Assembly (NCBI GenBank): GCA_041640655.1
Contig: JBEPZV010000005.1
Span: 46,499-110,498 of the forward strand
Direction: 5' to 3'
Length of the DNA: 64,000 nt
Source of the DNA: a bacterium
Lineage (GTDB): Bacteria; Acidobacteriota; Blastocatellia; HR10
This document shows, in pieces, positions 47,501 through 57,059 of this stretch. Both the position numbers and the translations under genes were made by a program. The notes under the pieces are model-generated. The model saw only the letters and a list, made by a program, of their open reading frames with translations, searched no databases and was not told the DNA's origin. Each line of letters begins with the position of its first letter. Positions within the stretch are counted from its first letter, which is position 1.

Positions 47501-48909
47501 CTGATCCCGATCCTTCGGGTCGCGGTGAGGGGAGAGTTTTTCTCGGCAGCACGCGCGCCGACAATCGCGGGGATTTCTCTCTCACGCTCTCGGGCCGATC
47601 GCGCGGTGAGCCGATCACGTGCACGGCCACCGATTTTCGCGATGATACCTCGGAGTTCGCCGAGAACTTCATCATCGGCGAAGGCGTGCTCAGCGTGCGC
47701 GTCCTTCGGCCAAATGGCGGTGAGATCCTGCTCGGCGGGACCACGTTCACCATTCAGTGGGAAGCCGGAGGCGGTGTCGTCGCGCAGGAGATCGCCCTCT
47801 CGCTCGATGGGGGGGCGACATTCCCGATCGTGGTCGCCGCGGGATTGGCGGCCGACGTTCGCGCCTTCGAGTGGACGGTCCCAGCGACGGTCTCGACCAT
47901 GCGCGGACGCATTCGCGTGACAGTGCAGAACGTGCAAGGACGCCGAGCGTTCGACCAAAGCGATGGGGACTTCATCATTGATTCGCAGGCGCCAGTGGTG
48001 CGGGTGGTGTCGCCGAATGGGCGCGAAGTCTTCCGAGGAGGTGATGTTTTCGAAATTCAGTGGCGGGCGTCGGACGACACGCGCCTTGTGCAGCAGGTGG
48101 TACAGTTGTCGACGGATGGGGGGCGGACGTACACGGACATTGTGACGTTGGAGGGGGATGATCCGCAGGTCTTCCGGTGGAAGGTGCCGCTGACGCTCGT
48201 CACGCAGAATGGGCGCATCCGCGTCATCGTCCAGGACGTCGCCGGAAAGGTGAGTCAGGATGCGAGCGATGCGGACTTCTCTGTCCTGCCCGTGGAGAAT
48301 GAGCCGCCATTTGTGCGCGTGCTCAGTCCCAATGGCGGGGAGATCGTGTGCGCCGGGACGCCCTTCCGAATCCTCTGGGAGGTGGCGGACAACACGGCCG
48401 TTCAGTTCCAGGATATCTTGCTCTCGACCAATGGCGGGGCGAGGTTCAATCCGATCGTGGAGCGGCTGCCGGGGACAGCGCAGTCCTTCGACTGGAACAT
48501 CCGCGCCGGATTGTCCACGACGCAAGCGCTCATCGCCGTGAGGGTGAGAGATTACGCGGGCAACGTCACGCTGGACATGAGCGATGAGCTCTTCGCCATT
48601 GACGGCGTGAGCCCGACCATCAGCGGGTTGACCGTGGGGACGGGATCGGCCTTCGTGGGCGGTGAGCGCGTGGTGATCTCCTGGACTTCTTCCGACGATG
48701 TGCAGCTCGCGGCTCATGTCATCGAGCTGTCGCGCGACGATGGCGCGACATGGGAGCTGGTAGCGAGTCTATCCGGGAGCGCGTCGCAATTCGTCTGGAC
48801 GGTCCCGCGGGGCATCCGAACGTTGAATGGGCGCATCCGCGTGACTGCGCGTGATACCTGTGGTCGGACGGCGCAGGCCGTGAGCGGGCGCTTCTCGATC
48901 GTCTGGTGA
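44539..48909 (+). CDS. Large secreted/surface protein: FG-GAP propeller + CSLREA-like + beta-helix + Ig-like repeats
   Basis: GDFNGDG..DL repeats, VSLREAILAAN, repeated GNYIG / NVISGN, about four V.V.(S)PNG(G)E..I.W modules. Confidence 0.85.
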   Translation: MRAVGSWRVRSLGVVILALFAIFSALIVHHIGASSQSRERWPSHIGILAQGRGGPELTVQNGRNLPEDPPGGGGRFGASWPTRLARGDFNGDGFQDLLISYARVGGGELVLRLGNGQGDFTTPLRIPLTGQEPSALLVEDFNQDGLPDVAVGYTDQLEVSIYLGTGRGTFQWAEDVRLGLAVSGLASGDFNGDGVPDLLVSSSDAPFLGLLLNDGRGGFQPSRFFSLSADGSVFALGDIRVADMDADGRLDAIVLYRGETPGVAVLYGMGEGKFAYPQLLPVGVAPEGLTVGDFDQDARMDIAVTDAAGGSVFVLRGAGDRSFSSPVSFHAGTWPVQLAIANLNNDGYPDLAVVDRGSNRIVILLGNARGAFDRSVSYDVDGPPVAIVAGRFRHVALDDLVVAKQSGATVAIALNAPPTIVVTTTADEVRQDGRVSLREAILAANGNPPNSDVPSGRGNAPDVIGFDLPEAEKSGGVFVIRVSAQRGPLPPLTDGGTTIDGTMQRGFAGTPLIVLDGSEAGSVDGLTIASSLNVVRGLVISRFGGHGVRIVGSDAPVTGNIIAGCYIGTDASGQQAWGNGLAGVQLFGDGVSNTLIGGTAAADRNVISGNGGDGIEVRGLARNTQIVGNYIGVAADGRTPLPNGGSGIFIAGADNVTVGGTASGAGNVISGNLRHGLQARGSTGLRIQGNFIGVEARGASAVKNGGDGISLVEVINAQIGGVSSSARNVIAGNDGHGVMLLRSSANKVQGNYIGVDAEGRQALGNGGAGIQVDLNSPNNLIGGIVEGAGNVISGNRGSGIFIAPSSLGAQIFGNRIGVNATGRAALGNGGDGITVNGGGNHQIGGDDSIARNVIGGNAGEGVRLLNAVDTRLVGNVIGVDAGGTIPLPNGGSGVLILSTEGSASRNAVLRNVIAYNRGAGVRILGSGSGNRLSQNSFFQNEGLGIDRGGQGIVPQITAVTENGDGTVTVRGTFPAPAPAGAVIEVYLADPDPSGRGEGRVFLGSTRADNRGDFSLTLSGRSRGEPITCTATDFRDDTSEFAENFIIGEGVLSVRVLRPNGGEILLGGTTFTIQWEAGGGVVAQEIALSLDGGATFPIVVAAGLAADVRAFEWTVPATVSTMRGRIRVTVQNVQGRRAFDQSDGDFIIDSQAPVVRVVSPNGREVFRGGDVFEIQWRASDDTRLVQQVVQLSTDGGRTYTDIVTLEGDDPQVFRWKVPLTLVTQNGRIRVIVQDVAGKVSQDASDADFSVLPVENEPPFVRVLSPNGGEIVCAGTPFRILWEVADNTAVQFQDILLSTNGGARFNPIVERLPGTAQSFDWNIRAGLSTTQALIAVRVRDYAGNVTLDMSDELFAIDGVSPTISGLTVGTGSAFVGGERVVISWTSSDDVQLAAHVIELSRDDGATWELVASLSGSASQFVWTVPRGIRTLNGRIRVTARDTCGRTAQAVSGRFSIVW

Positions 48910-48920
48910 ATGAGGTTAGT

Positions 48921-48958
48921 GAATAGGGGCGGGGGGGCTTTCGACCCCCGCCCTGTTC
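48921..48958. terminator. Hairpin between convergent genes, probable bidirectional terminator
   Basis: GAATAGGGGCGGGGG...CCCCCGCCCTGTTC. Confidence 0.6.
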
Positions 48959-48971
48959 GTGAGGATGCTGC

Positions 48972-50117
48972 TCAAGCACTGCGCAGAATCTCGCGCGCGA
49001 TGATGAGGCGTTGAATCTCGCTTGTCCCTTCGCCGATGGTCAGCAGTTTCGCATCCCGCCAGAATTTCTCCACCGGATACTCCCGGATGTAGCCGTATCC
49101 CCCGAAGATCTGAATCGCCTCCTCGCAGACGCGGACGGCCATCTCCGAGGCGAAGAGCTTGGCCATCGAAGCTTCCCGGGTGACGCGATGTCCGCGCGCC
49201 TTCCGTTCGGCCGCGTGGTAGGTGAGCAGGCGCGCGGCCTCGATCGCCGTCGCCATATCGGCGAGCTTGAACTGGATCGCCTGAAATTCGGCGATGGGCT
49301 TGCCAAATGCCCAGCGCTCTCGCGCATATCGAAGGGCGGCCTCGTAGGCCCCTTGCGCGAGGCCAACGGCGAGAGCGGCGATGGTGATCCGCCCTCCATC
49401 GAGTACGCGCAAGGCATCCACGAATCCCATGTGCAGTTCCCCGAGGAGGTTCTCCTCGGGAACGGGGCATTCTTCCAAGAGCACCTGCGCCGTGTCGCTG
49501 GCGCGCATGCCGAGCTTCTTCTCCTTGCGTCCGGGGCGAAGACCGGGCGTGCCGCGCTCCACGATGAAGGCCGAAACGCCCTTCTTCTCCCGCGCGCGAT
49601 CGGTGACGGCGAAGAGAACGTAGAGATCGGCGCACGAGCCGTTGGTGGTGAAGTTCTTCGCACCGGTGAGGACCCAGAATCCATCTCGCTTCACCGCCGT
49701 CGTGCGCATGTGCGCGGCATCGCTGCCGCTGGTCGCCTCGGTCAGTCCCCACGCGCCCAGCTTCTCGCCGCGCACAAGAGGCGGGAGATATTTCCGCTTC
49801 TGCTCGGAGGTGCCCGCCAGGAAAATATGACTGGCGCACAGACCCGTGTGCGCGGCGACAGTGAGCGCAATGGCCGGATCCACGCGCGCCAATTCCTCAA
49901 TGATGATGGCGTATTCCAGGGACGTCAGCGCGGCCCCTCCATACTCTTCCGGGAAGATGGCTCCGAGCACCCCCAGTTCGCCGAGCTTGGGCATCAGCTC
50001 GCGGGGGAAGTGCTCGGCCTCATCCCATTCCCGCACATGAGGGGCGATCTCAGCCTCGGCGAACTCGCGGATCGCGTGTCGGACCTGCTGCTGCTCTTCG
50101 GTCAATTCGATGTACAA
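48972..50117 (-). CDS. Acyl-CoA dehydrogenase
   Basis: [49 protein letters not shown] start with AAGGAGG; TGgTATAAT upstream. Confidence 0.95.
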   Translation of the reverse strand: MYIELTEEQQQVRHAIREFAEAEIAPHVREWDEAEHFPRELMPKLGELGVLGAIFPEEYGGAALTSLEYAIIIEELARVDPAIALTVAAHTGLCASHIFLAGTSEQKRKYLPPLVRGEKLGAWGLTEATSGSDAAHMRTTAVKRDGFWVLTGAKNFTTNGSCADLYVLFAVTDRAREKKGVSAFIVERGTPGLRPGRKEKKLGMRASDTAQVLLEECPVPEENLLGELHMGFVDALRVLDGGRITIAALAVGLAQGAYEAALRYARERWAFGKPIAEFQAIQFKLADMATAIEAARLLTYHAAERKARGHRVTREASMAKLFASEMAVRVCEEAIQIFGGYGYIREYPVEKFWRDAKLLTIGEGTSEIQRLIIAREILRSA

Positions 50118-50297
50118 GGCTCCCTCCTTCGAATTAGGTCCATTTAGCGCAGCATAAGGCAAAATTATACCACCGGGCGCCAGGGAGTGCTACTCGAGGA
50201 ATAGCCGAAAGAAGCGATTCGTCCCGCGAGCAAGACGCGATTCGACGGGGATGATCACACGAGAGGCTCTCCGCGAACACAAGGAGAGCCCCTCGCT

Positions 50298-51329
50298 CTA
50301 GGGCAAGAGCACGATCTTCCCGAAGTGCGCGCGTTCCTCCATGAGGCGTTGGGCAGCAGCGGCTTCCCTGAGGGGGAAGGTGCGATCAATGACGGGCTTG
50401 AGGCGACCGTGCACGAAGAACGTGAAGGCTTCGAGCAGCTCTCCTTTGCTGCCCATGAACGATCCGAGCAAGCTCAATTGGCGACTGAAGAGGTAACGAA
50501 TGTCCAGGCGTGTCTCGTAGCCGCTGGTGACGCCGCAGGTCACGAGCCGTCCTCCCGGAGTGAGGCTGAGGAGGCACTTCTCGAAAACGGCTGTGCCCAC
50601 GTGCTCGATGACGATGTCCACGCCCTGTCGGTCGGTCAGGCGCTTCACCTCCTGGAGCAGGTCTTGAGTAGAATGATTGATGACCTCGTCGGCACCCAGC
50701 TCCTTCGCTTTTTGGAGCTTCGCATCGGTCCCGGCCGTGGCCAACACGCGCGCGCCGAAGAGCTTGGCGATTTGGATGGCCGCCATGCCGACCCCGCTGC
50801 CCGCGGCGATGACGAGAACAGTCTCGCCCGGCCGCACGCCCGCGCGGGTCACGAGCATATGCCAGGCCGTGAGGAAGACCAGGGGGAAGGCCGCAGCTTC
50901 CTCAAAACTGATGTGATCGGGAATGGGCACGGCGTTGACCTCCGGCACCTTGACATATTCCGCGTACCCCCCATCGGAGCGATAGGAACCGATGACCTCA
51001 TACTCGCGGCAGAGATTATCTCGACCGTTGAGACAGGCCGGACATTGGCCACAACTGAGACCGGGCGAGATGAGGACGCGCTCGCCCACCTTCACGCGCG
51101 TGACGGCGGAGCCGACTTCGGCGACTTCACCGGCAATGTCGCTACCCACGATACGCGGGAGCGGGATTGAGCGGCCCGGCAGGCCTCGTCGCAACCAGAG
51201 GTCGAGATGGTTGAGCGCGCAGGCGCGCACGCGGACGAGCACCTCCGTCGGCCCGATCTTCGGTTCCGGGACATCTTCGTATCGCAGCACATCAACCCCT
51301 CCGTGTTCGTGGAATCGAACGGCTTTCAT
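50298..51329 (-). CDS. MDR-family dehydrogenase / quinone oxidoreductase-like
   Basis: LNHLD, CGQCPAC...LC structural Zn site, A.SGVG, GKIVL. Confidence 0.9.
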   Translation of the reverse strand: MKAVRFHEHGGVDVLRYEDVPEPKIGPTEVLVRVRACALNHLDLWLRRGLPGRSIPLPRIVGSDIAGEVAEVGSAVTRVKVGERVLISPGLSCGQCPACLNGRDNLCREYEVIGSYRSDGGYAEYVKVPEVNAVPIPDHISFEEAAAFPLVFLTAWHMLVTRAGVRPGETVLVIAAGSGVGMAAIQIAKLFGARVLATAGTDAKLQKAKELGADEVINHSTQDLLQEVKRLTDRQGVDIVIEHVGTAVFEKCLLSLTPGGRLVTCGVTSGYETRLDIRYLFSRQLSLLGSFMGSKGELLEAFTFFVHGRLKPVIDRTFPLREAAAAQRLMEERAHFGKIVLLP

Positions 51330-52699
51330 ACGTCTCCTCCCTCTTCGTGAGATTCTCGAACTGACGACGCGCGATTCGCCTCCTCCTCACACTGGTGCGT
51401 TTCGCGCGAGCCATATCTCGATCTCTCCACAGCGTCACCGACCGGGGGCGTATTTTCGGGCCCTTCAGGAGTGAGCGATTCGCGCTCCAGCGTCCGCTCT
51501 TGCGAGGGCCCGGCGGTCGGGGGCGAGATCAGGCGATGCGCCAGGCGTTGATAAATCTGGCCGGCAATAGATGCGGCCGTCAAGCCCCGCTCATGCCGCC
51601 CCTGAACGATCACGGTGACGACCAGGCGAGGATCGGACACGGGGGCGAATGAGGTGAACAAACCGAGCCAGAGAGAATCCCCACGACAACTGCCCGTCTT
51701 CCCGGCGAAGGTGATGCCGGGAACATATGCGAGCTTCGCCGTCCCGTATTCGACAGCTGCGATCATGCCCGCGATGAGACTCTCACGGTGCTCGGGCGGA
51801 AGATCCAGATGGCGGCGCGGGATCGGAATCAGGCGGCTGGCTTCCGCTTCGCTCCGCACGATCTGCGGGCGGTAGAGCGTTCCTCCGTTGATAATGGCAG
51901 AAGTGAGAACAGCTAATTGCAGAGCCGTTATGGCGAAGCCATCGCCATGACTGGCCATGCGCCCGACGGCCGGAGTGGGAGTGGATCGCCGCCGCCTCGG
52001 TCGGGGAGGCTGCTCGCTCGGAAGCCGACCCGCGCTCTCGCGCGGGAGATTGATTCCGGTCGGTTGGCCGAGCCCCCACTCCCGCGCGTAGCGCAGGAGG
52101 GTTGCTCGTCCCAATCGCTCCCCGATGATCTCGAAGTATTGATTGTTCGAGTAAGCGAGCGCCTCGATCAGATTCATGGCGATGGACCCACCCCCCAAGG
52201 GGAGTGGAGCTTTCGCGTCAATGATGCCCTCTTCCAATCCGGCCAATCCGACCAGGAGCTTGATCGTCGAGCAAGGTTTGAAACCCTTTCGTAGCGCCCA
52301 TTCTTGATTGACGATGCTGTAGACGCGCCCGGAATACGGGTCCATGACGACCACGGTTCCGGCGTGGTGGCGCAGCGCGGCGAGGACGGCCTGTCGGACT
52401 TCCGGATCTTCGCCTCGGAGGTCATCGCGTTGAAGTGCCACCTGACTCGCGCGGCGAACCGACGCCTCTAAGCGTGCCAGGCGGCGAGCCGCAGCCGCTC
52501 GCCGTGTGGCTCTTCGGCGAGCACGTTGACGTGCGCTCGCGCGAGAGCGGCGAGCGGCTTGACGCTCGAGACGGGCGGTCAGCGCATACGCGGCATCCTC
52601 GTCCACAGAAGCAGAGGGGGCAGTATGCGAGAGCGGCCAAGTCGGATCGAGCAGAACGCAGATAAGCCCGATGAACCATGCGCGCTTGAACCTTCTCAT
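51326..52699 (-). CDS. Penicillin-binding transpeptidase-domain protein
   Basis: SxxK (STIK), SxN (SNN), KTG; N-terminal signal/anchor; start 52699 or 52720. Confidence 0.85.
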   Translation of the reverse strand: MRRFKRAWFIGLICVLLDPTWPLSHTAPSASVDEDAAYALTARLERQAARRSRASARQRARRRATRRAAAARRLARLEASVRRASQVALQRDDLRGEDPEVRQAVLAALRHHAGTVVVMDPYSGRVYSIVNQEWALRKGFKPCSTIKLLVGLAGLEEGIIDAKAPLPLGGGSIAMNLIEALAYSNNQYFEIIGERLGRATLLRYAREWGLGQPTGINLPRESAGRLPSEQPPRPRRRRSTPTPAVGRMASHGDGFAITALQLAVLTSAIINGGTLYRPQIVRSEAEASRLIPIPRRHLDLPPEHRESLIAGMIAAVEYGTAKLAYVPGITFAGKTGSCRGDSLWLGLFTSFAPVSDPRLVVTVIVQGRHERGLTAASIAGQIYQRLAHRLISPPTAGPSQERTLERESLTPEGPENTPPVGDAVERSRYGSRETHQCEEEANRASSVRESHEEGGDV

Positions 52700-53058
52700 C
52701 GACTCCCTCCCGCGCATCATGTTCGGACCGGCGCATCGGAATTCGACGCCTCATGAGCGTTTCCAAGTGGTTCGCCTCACGCGAAGCTCGATATGTTACT
52801 ATACCATCGGGCTCTCGCACCACTCCACCTGGAGTGGCCGGGGCTCAGTGAAAACGGCTCCAACTGGCGCGCGAATGGCTGTTCAGATCAGGGGCCAGAA
52901 CGCCACGTCAACGAGGAGGCGACGGCGCGCGTTCTTCCTCAGGCTCCGGCATCGCTGGGGGTGGCTATCGCTTTGCGCTCGGCTTCGGGTCTCGCCTCTC
53001 CGGCTTCGGGGATCACGCTGCGCTTCTCTCCGAGACGGTGGGTTGAGGCGCGAGCGCA

Positions 53059-53811
53059 TCAGCGTCGTTCCTCGCGCTCGATGCGCCCATCACGAATGTG
53101 AATGATGCGGTGTGCGTGGGCAGCCACTTCCGGCTCGTGGGTGACGATGATGATCGTATTCCCTTGAGCGTGGAGGCGATCGAAGAGCGCCATGATCTCG
53201 GCTCCGGTCTTTGAGTCGAGGGCGCCCGTCGGCTCGTCGGCCAGCAGGATCGAGGGACGATTCACGAGGGCGCGGGCGATGGCGACGCGCTGGCGCTGCC
53301 CGCCCGAGAGTTCGTTCGGCCGATGATGCATCCGATCGCCGAGATCCACCATCTCCAGGGCCTGCCGTGCGCGCTCCAATCGCTCCTTGGCCGGAACGCC
53401 CGCATAAATCAGAGGCAGTTCGACGTTGTGCAACGCCGTCGCGCGAGGCAGGAGGTTGAAGAGTTGGAAGACGAATCCGATCTCCCGATTGCGAATATAG
53501 GCCAGTTCGTCATCGTCCATTTCCGTGACGAGTCGGCCGTTGAGCCAGTAGCGACCGGCCGTCGGCGTATCCAAGCACCCGATGATGTTCATCAGCGTGG
53601 ACTTCCCGGACCCGGAAGGCCCGATAATCGCCACGTATTCGTTGGGGTGAATGGTCAGGGTGATCCCCCGCAGGGCATGGACCTCCTCCTGCCCCATCTT
53701 GTACGTGCGCCAAACGTTCTCCATGCGGATCAGCCCGTCGGCCGAGGATGGGCGTCCGGCGACGGTCGTGACCTCTTGCTCCACGTCCGGCATCGCGCTG
53801 GATCGGCTCAT
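53059..53811 (-). CDS. ABC transporter ATP-binding protein (MacB/LolD-like)
   Basis: [39 protein letters not shown]. Confidence 0.95.
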   Translation of the reverse strand: MSRSSAMPDVEQEVTTVAGRPSSADGLIRMENVWRTYKMGQEEVHALRGITLTIHPNEYVAIIGPSGSGKSTLMNIIGCLDTPTAGRYWLNGRLVTEMDDDELAYIRNREIGFVFQLFNLLPRATALHNVELPLIYAGVPAKERLERARQALEMVDLGDRMHHRPNELSGGQRQRVAIARALVNRPSILLADEPTGALDSKTGAEIMALFDRLHAQGNTIIIVTHEPEVAAHAHRIIHIRDGRIEREERR

Positions 53812-53838
53812 GGCGCTCCCTCGCTGCAAGAGGCGTGA

Positions 53839-55260
53839 TTACCGGCTCTGCACGTACTCTTTCTTGACGATCGCGTTGTGCTTCAACGTGCGCAGTTCGC
53901 GATACGGGCCGACGATCACTTCCATTCCTTCTTCCAGACCGCTCACGATCTCGATCTCCATCTCCCCGGAGATTCCCGTCTCAACGGGGCGGAAGATGGC
54001 GCGGCCGTCCTGCACGATGAAGACGCCTTGGAGGCGCTTCTTCTGCCCGTTCGCGGAGGCGATGGGCTCACCCACTTCCTCCGCATCCCGCTCGACGAGA
54101 GCGGCCGCCGGAACGGCGATGACGTTCTCGCGCATATCGGTCGTGATGGTGGCCGTCGCCGACATGCCTGGGCGCAGCCGATCATGGGCCTCCGGCGTCA
54201 GATTGATCAGCTTGATGACCACCTTGAAATCCTTGGCCTCCTGCCCTGTGGGGGTGAGATCGGGCAGCGCCTGCCCCCCTCGAACGAGGGCCGCACGACC
54301 GACTTCGGAAACGACGCCCTCCAGCTCCTGATCCCCGAGCGCGTCCACGCGGATGCGCGCCTTCTGGCCGACGCGCACGCGGGCGATGTCGGTCTCATCC
54401 ACCTGAACCTCGACATTGATCTCCGACATATCGGCGATCGTCAGCAGTGGCGTCGTGCTGAAGCTGGCGAGCACGTATTGGCCGACGCGCACAGGGAGAT
54501 TCGCGACGACGCCGTCAATGGGGGCCTTCTGTATGGTCTTCGCCAAGCGGTCCAGCGCGCTCTTGTAATTGGCTTGAATTTGGGCGACGCGAGCCTGCGC
54601 ACTCCGCAGTTGCGCCTGGGCCTGACGGACGCGAATTTGCGCGTCGCGCAGTTGCGCTTCCAGTTGCTGCACCCGCTGCTGTTGAGCTTCGACCAGAGCC
54701 TGCGCGCCGCGATAGGAGGCGCGCGCCCGATCATATTCGGCGCGCGAGATGACGCCTTGCTCCAGCAGCTGCTCCCGGCGGCGAAATTCCTCCTCAGCGA
54801 ACGTCAGATCGGCCTTGGCTCGCTCCAGCTCGTATTTGGCCGCTGCCAGACTCGCCTGGACGTTCAGGACATTGTTCCGGGCAGCATCCACTTGCACCTG
54901 CGCGTTTTGCACCTCGGCGCGCGCAGCCTGCAGATTCGCCTGACTGCTCTCGGCCTCCGAGGAGATCTGCGTCGGATCAATCTTCAGCAGCGGCGTCCCC
55001 GCTTTCACCCAGTCTCCTTCCTTGACGTAGATCTCGATGACGCGGCCGGGGACCTCCGAGGTCATGTTCACAAAATTGCGAGGGCGAACTTCCCCGTTGG
55101 CCGTGACCTTCGATTCCAACAGTGGCCGACGCGTCACCCTCTCGACCTGGACGACGACCGCATCAGTCCGACCTCGGGTGACGCTGATGCCGACGACGGC
55201 CCCCAGAGTCACGAGGAGGATGAGAGCGATCATCAGTTTCTTTTTTCGACTCGATGCCAT
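53839..55260 (-). CDS. Efflux periplasmic adaptor subunit (MacA/HlyD-like)
   Basis: N-terminal TM, V.EGD.V..G..L, long coiled coil, APIDG, V.E.DI, LRPGMSA. Confidence 0.92.
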   Translation of the reverse strand: MASSRKKKLMIALILLVTLGAVVGISVTRGRTDAVVVQVERVTRRPLLESKVTANGEVRPRNFVNMTSEVPGRVIEIYVKEGDWVKAGTPLLKIDPTQISSEAESSQANLQAARAEVQNAQVQVDAARNNVLNVQASLAAAKYELERAKADLTFAEEEFRRREQLLEQGVISRAEYDRARASYRGAQALVEAQQQRVQQLEAQLRDAQIRVRQAQAQLRSAQARVAQIQANYKSALDRLAKTIQKAPIDGVVANLPVRVGQYVLASFSTTPLLTIADMSEINVEVQVDETDIARVRVGQKARIRVDALGDQELEGVVSEVGRAALVRGGQALPDLTPTGQEAKDFKVVIKLINLTPEAHDRLRPGMSATATITTDMRENVIAVPAAALVERDAEEVGEPIASANGQKKRLQGVFIVQDGRAIFRPVETGISGEMEIEIVSGLEEGMEVIVGPYRELRTLKHNAIVKKEYVQSR

Positions 55261-55415
55261 CGGTTCCTCTCCCCCTTCGACCACCGCTTCTTACGAAGGA
55301 CGGCGCGGTCGAGTTCCACCAAAATCAAAATGCTACCGTTCCCCCTCTTGTGCTGTCAACCAGCCGATTCTCCAGGGCGGGAAGACAGCCCTCGCCTCTA
55401 GAGAGGACGCGCGCC

Positions 55416-56672
55416 TTATGGGAAAATCCCCCGAACGCGCGTGGCTTCAGCCACGCGCCCGATGGCCAGAATGTACGCCCCGCGGCGCAGGTCAACGCGG
55501 TAGCGCTCGGCCGTCGCTCGGACTTCGTGAAAGGCGCTGGTCATGATGCGCTCCAGGTGGCGCCGGACCTCGTCTTCCGGCCAGAAGAAGCCGTATTGAT
55601 CCTGAACCCATTCGAAGTAGGAGACCGAGACGCCACCGGCATTGGCCAGGATGTCCGGGATGACCATGATCCCGCGCTCGAAGAGGATGTCATCGGCGTC
55701 CGGTGTCGTCGGCCCATTGGCCGCTTCGGCGATGAGGCGCGCCCGAACGCGATCCGCATTGCGCCGAGTGATCTGGTTCTCCAAGGCGGCCGGGACGAGG
55801 ATGTCGCAGGGCAGCTCGAGCAACTCCTCGTTGGTGATCGCCTCGGTATCGGGCAGCCCGTGAAGCGCACCCGTTCGCGCCTTATGGGCCAAGGCCGCTT
55901 CGGGATCAATGCCGTGTGGATTGTAGATGCCCCCCTTGGAGTCACTCAAGGCGATGATACGCGCTCCGTCCTCATGGAGAAAGCGCGCCACGTTGCTCCC
56001 GGCGTTCCCGAAGCCCTGCACGACGACAGTCGCGCCACTCAGGGCGAGGCCGAGCGTGCGGCAGGCTTCGCGGATGACGAATTGGCACCCGCGCGCCGTA
56101 GCTTCCTGCCGCCCATGCGAGCCGCCCAGCTCCACCGGCTTGCCCGTGACCACGCCCAGCTCCGTGTGCCCCTTGAACATGCTGATCGTATCCATGATCC
56201 AGGCCATCGTCTGCGCGTCCGTGTAGACGTCGGGAGCCGGGATGTCGCGATCCGGGCCGATCAGCGGGGCGATCTCCGTCGCGTAGCGGCGCGTCAGCCG
56301 CTCCAGTTCCCCGCGCGACAGTTCCTTGGGATTGACGCGCACGCCGCCTTTGGCCCCCCCATAGGGGAGATTCACCGTCGCACACTTCCACGTCATCCAC
56401 ATGGCCAGGGCCTTCACCTCGTCCAGCGTCACATCCGGATGATACCGAATGCCGCCTTTACCCGGCCCCCGCGCCACATTGTGTTGGACGCGATAGCCCT
56501 CGAAGACGCGCAAGCTCCCGTCATCCATCTTGACGGGGATGGAAACGATGAGTTGCCGCTTGGGCGTCTTGAGCAACTCCCGCAGGCCGTCGTCCAGGTC
56601 CAGATAGAGAGCTGCTCGATCGAACTGCGCCGTGGCGACAGCGAACGGATTCAGGCTCTCCTCTCCGGTCAT
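55416..56672 (-). CDS. gdhA: Glutamate dehydrogenase (Glu/Leu/Phe/Val family)
   Basis: GP.KGGIRY, GGAKGG, DIPAPDV, TGKP, QGFGNAG, EAANGP, NAGGV.VSYFEW. Confidence 0.95.
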   Translation of the reverse strand: MTGEESLNPFAVATAQFDRAALYLDLDDGLRELLKTPKRQLIVSIPVKMDDGSLRVFEGYRVQHNVARGPGKGGIRYHPDVTLDEVKALAMWMTWKCATVNLPYGGAKGGVRVNPKELSRGELERLTRRYATEIAPLIGPDRDIPAPDVYTDAQTMAWIMDTISMFKGHTELGVVTGKPVELGGSHGRQEATARGCQFVIREACRTLGLALSGATVVVQGFGNAGSNVARFLHEDGARIIALSDSKGGIYNPHGIDPEAALAHKARTGALHGLPDTEAITNEELLELPCDILVPAALENQITRRNADRVRARLIAEAANGPTTPDADDILFERGIMVIPDILANAGGVSVSYFEWVQDQYGFFWPEDEVRRHLERIMTSAFHEVRATAERYRVDLRRGAYILAIGRVAEATRVRGIFP

Positions 56673-56714
56673 CGCACTCTCCCTCCTCCCCGGTGATCAT
56701 GATGATGAGTGCCT

Positions 56715-57059
56715 TTAGCGCTTGGAGGCATCGGGGAAAGAGAAGACCATCTCATCCGGGCGCACCATGTGCAATTCCTCGCGCGCGATCCGCTCGATGA
56801 CTTCGGGATCAGTCTTGAGCGCTTGAATCTCTTCCATGAGGCGTTCGGTCTCCAAGCGCAACCGTCTCACCTCGTCCTCCATCCGTTCGTACTCCGCTTG
56901 CGCGGCTCGATACTCCCGGTGCGCGCGCACGAGGATCGTCCCGCAGACCAGGCCGATCCCCACAAGCAGAAGGAGCGTCCCGATGACCGGTCCCCATCGC
57001 GCCGCATGCGCGGGTTTTCGCCGATCCTCACTGGAGCGCGAAGCGTCGCCCTTGTTCAA
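56715..57059 (-). CDS. ftsB: Septum formation initiator (FtsB/DivIC family)
   Basis: TM + coiled coil + L..DP..IE.IARE.L.MV.P.E; TTG start with GGAGG RBS inferred. Confidence 0.8.
   Translation of the reverse strand: MNKGDASRSSEDRRKPAHAARWGPVIGTLLLLVGIGLVCGTILVRAHREYRAAQAEYERMEDEVRRLRLETERLMEEIQALKTDPEVIERIAREELHMVRPDEMVFSFPDASKR

Noticed and set aside
52883..53059. 58-codon minus-strand ORF overlapping the ABC ATPase stop
   Set aside because: Low-complexity Arg/Ser sequence with no permease-like or other recognisable features
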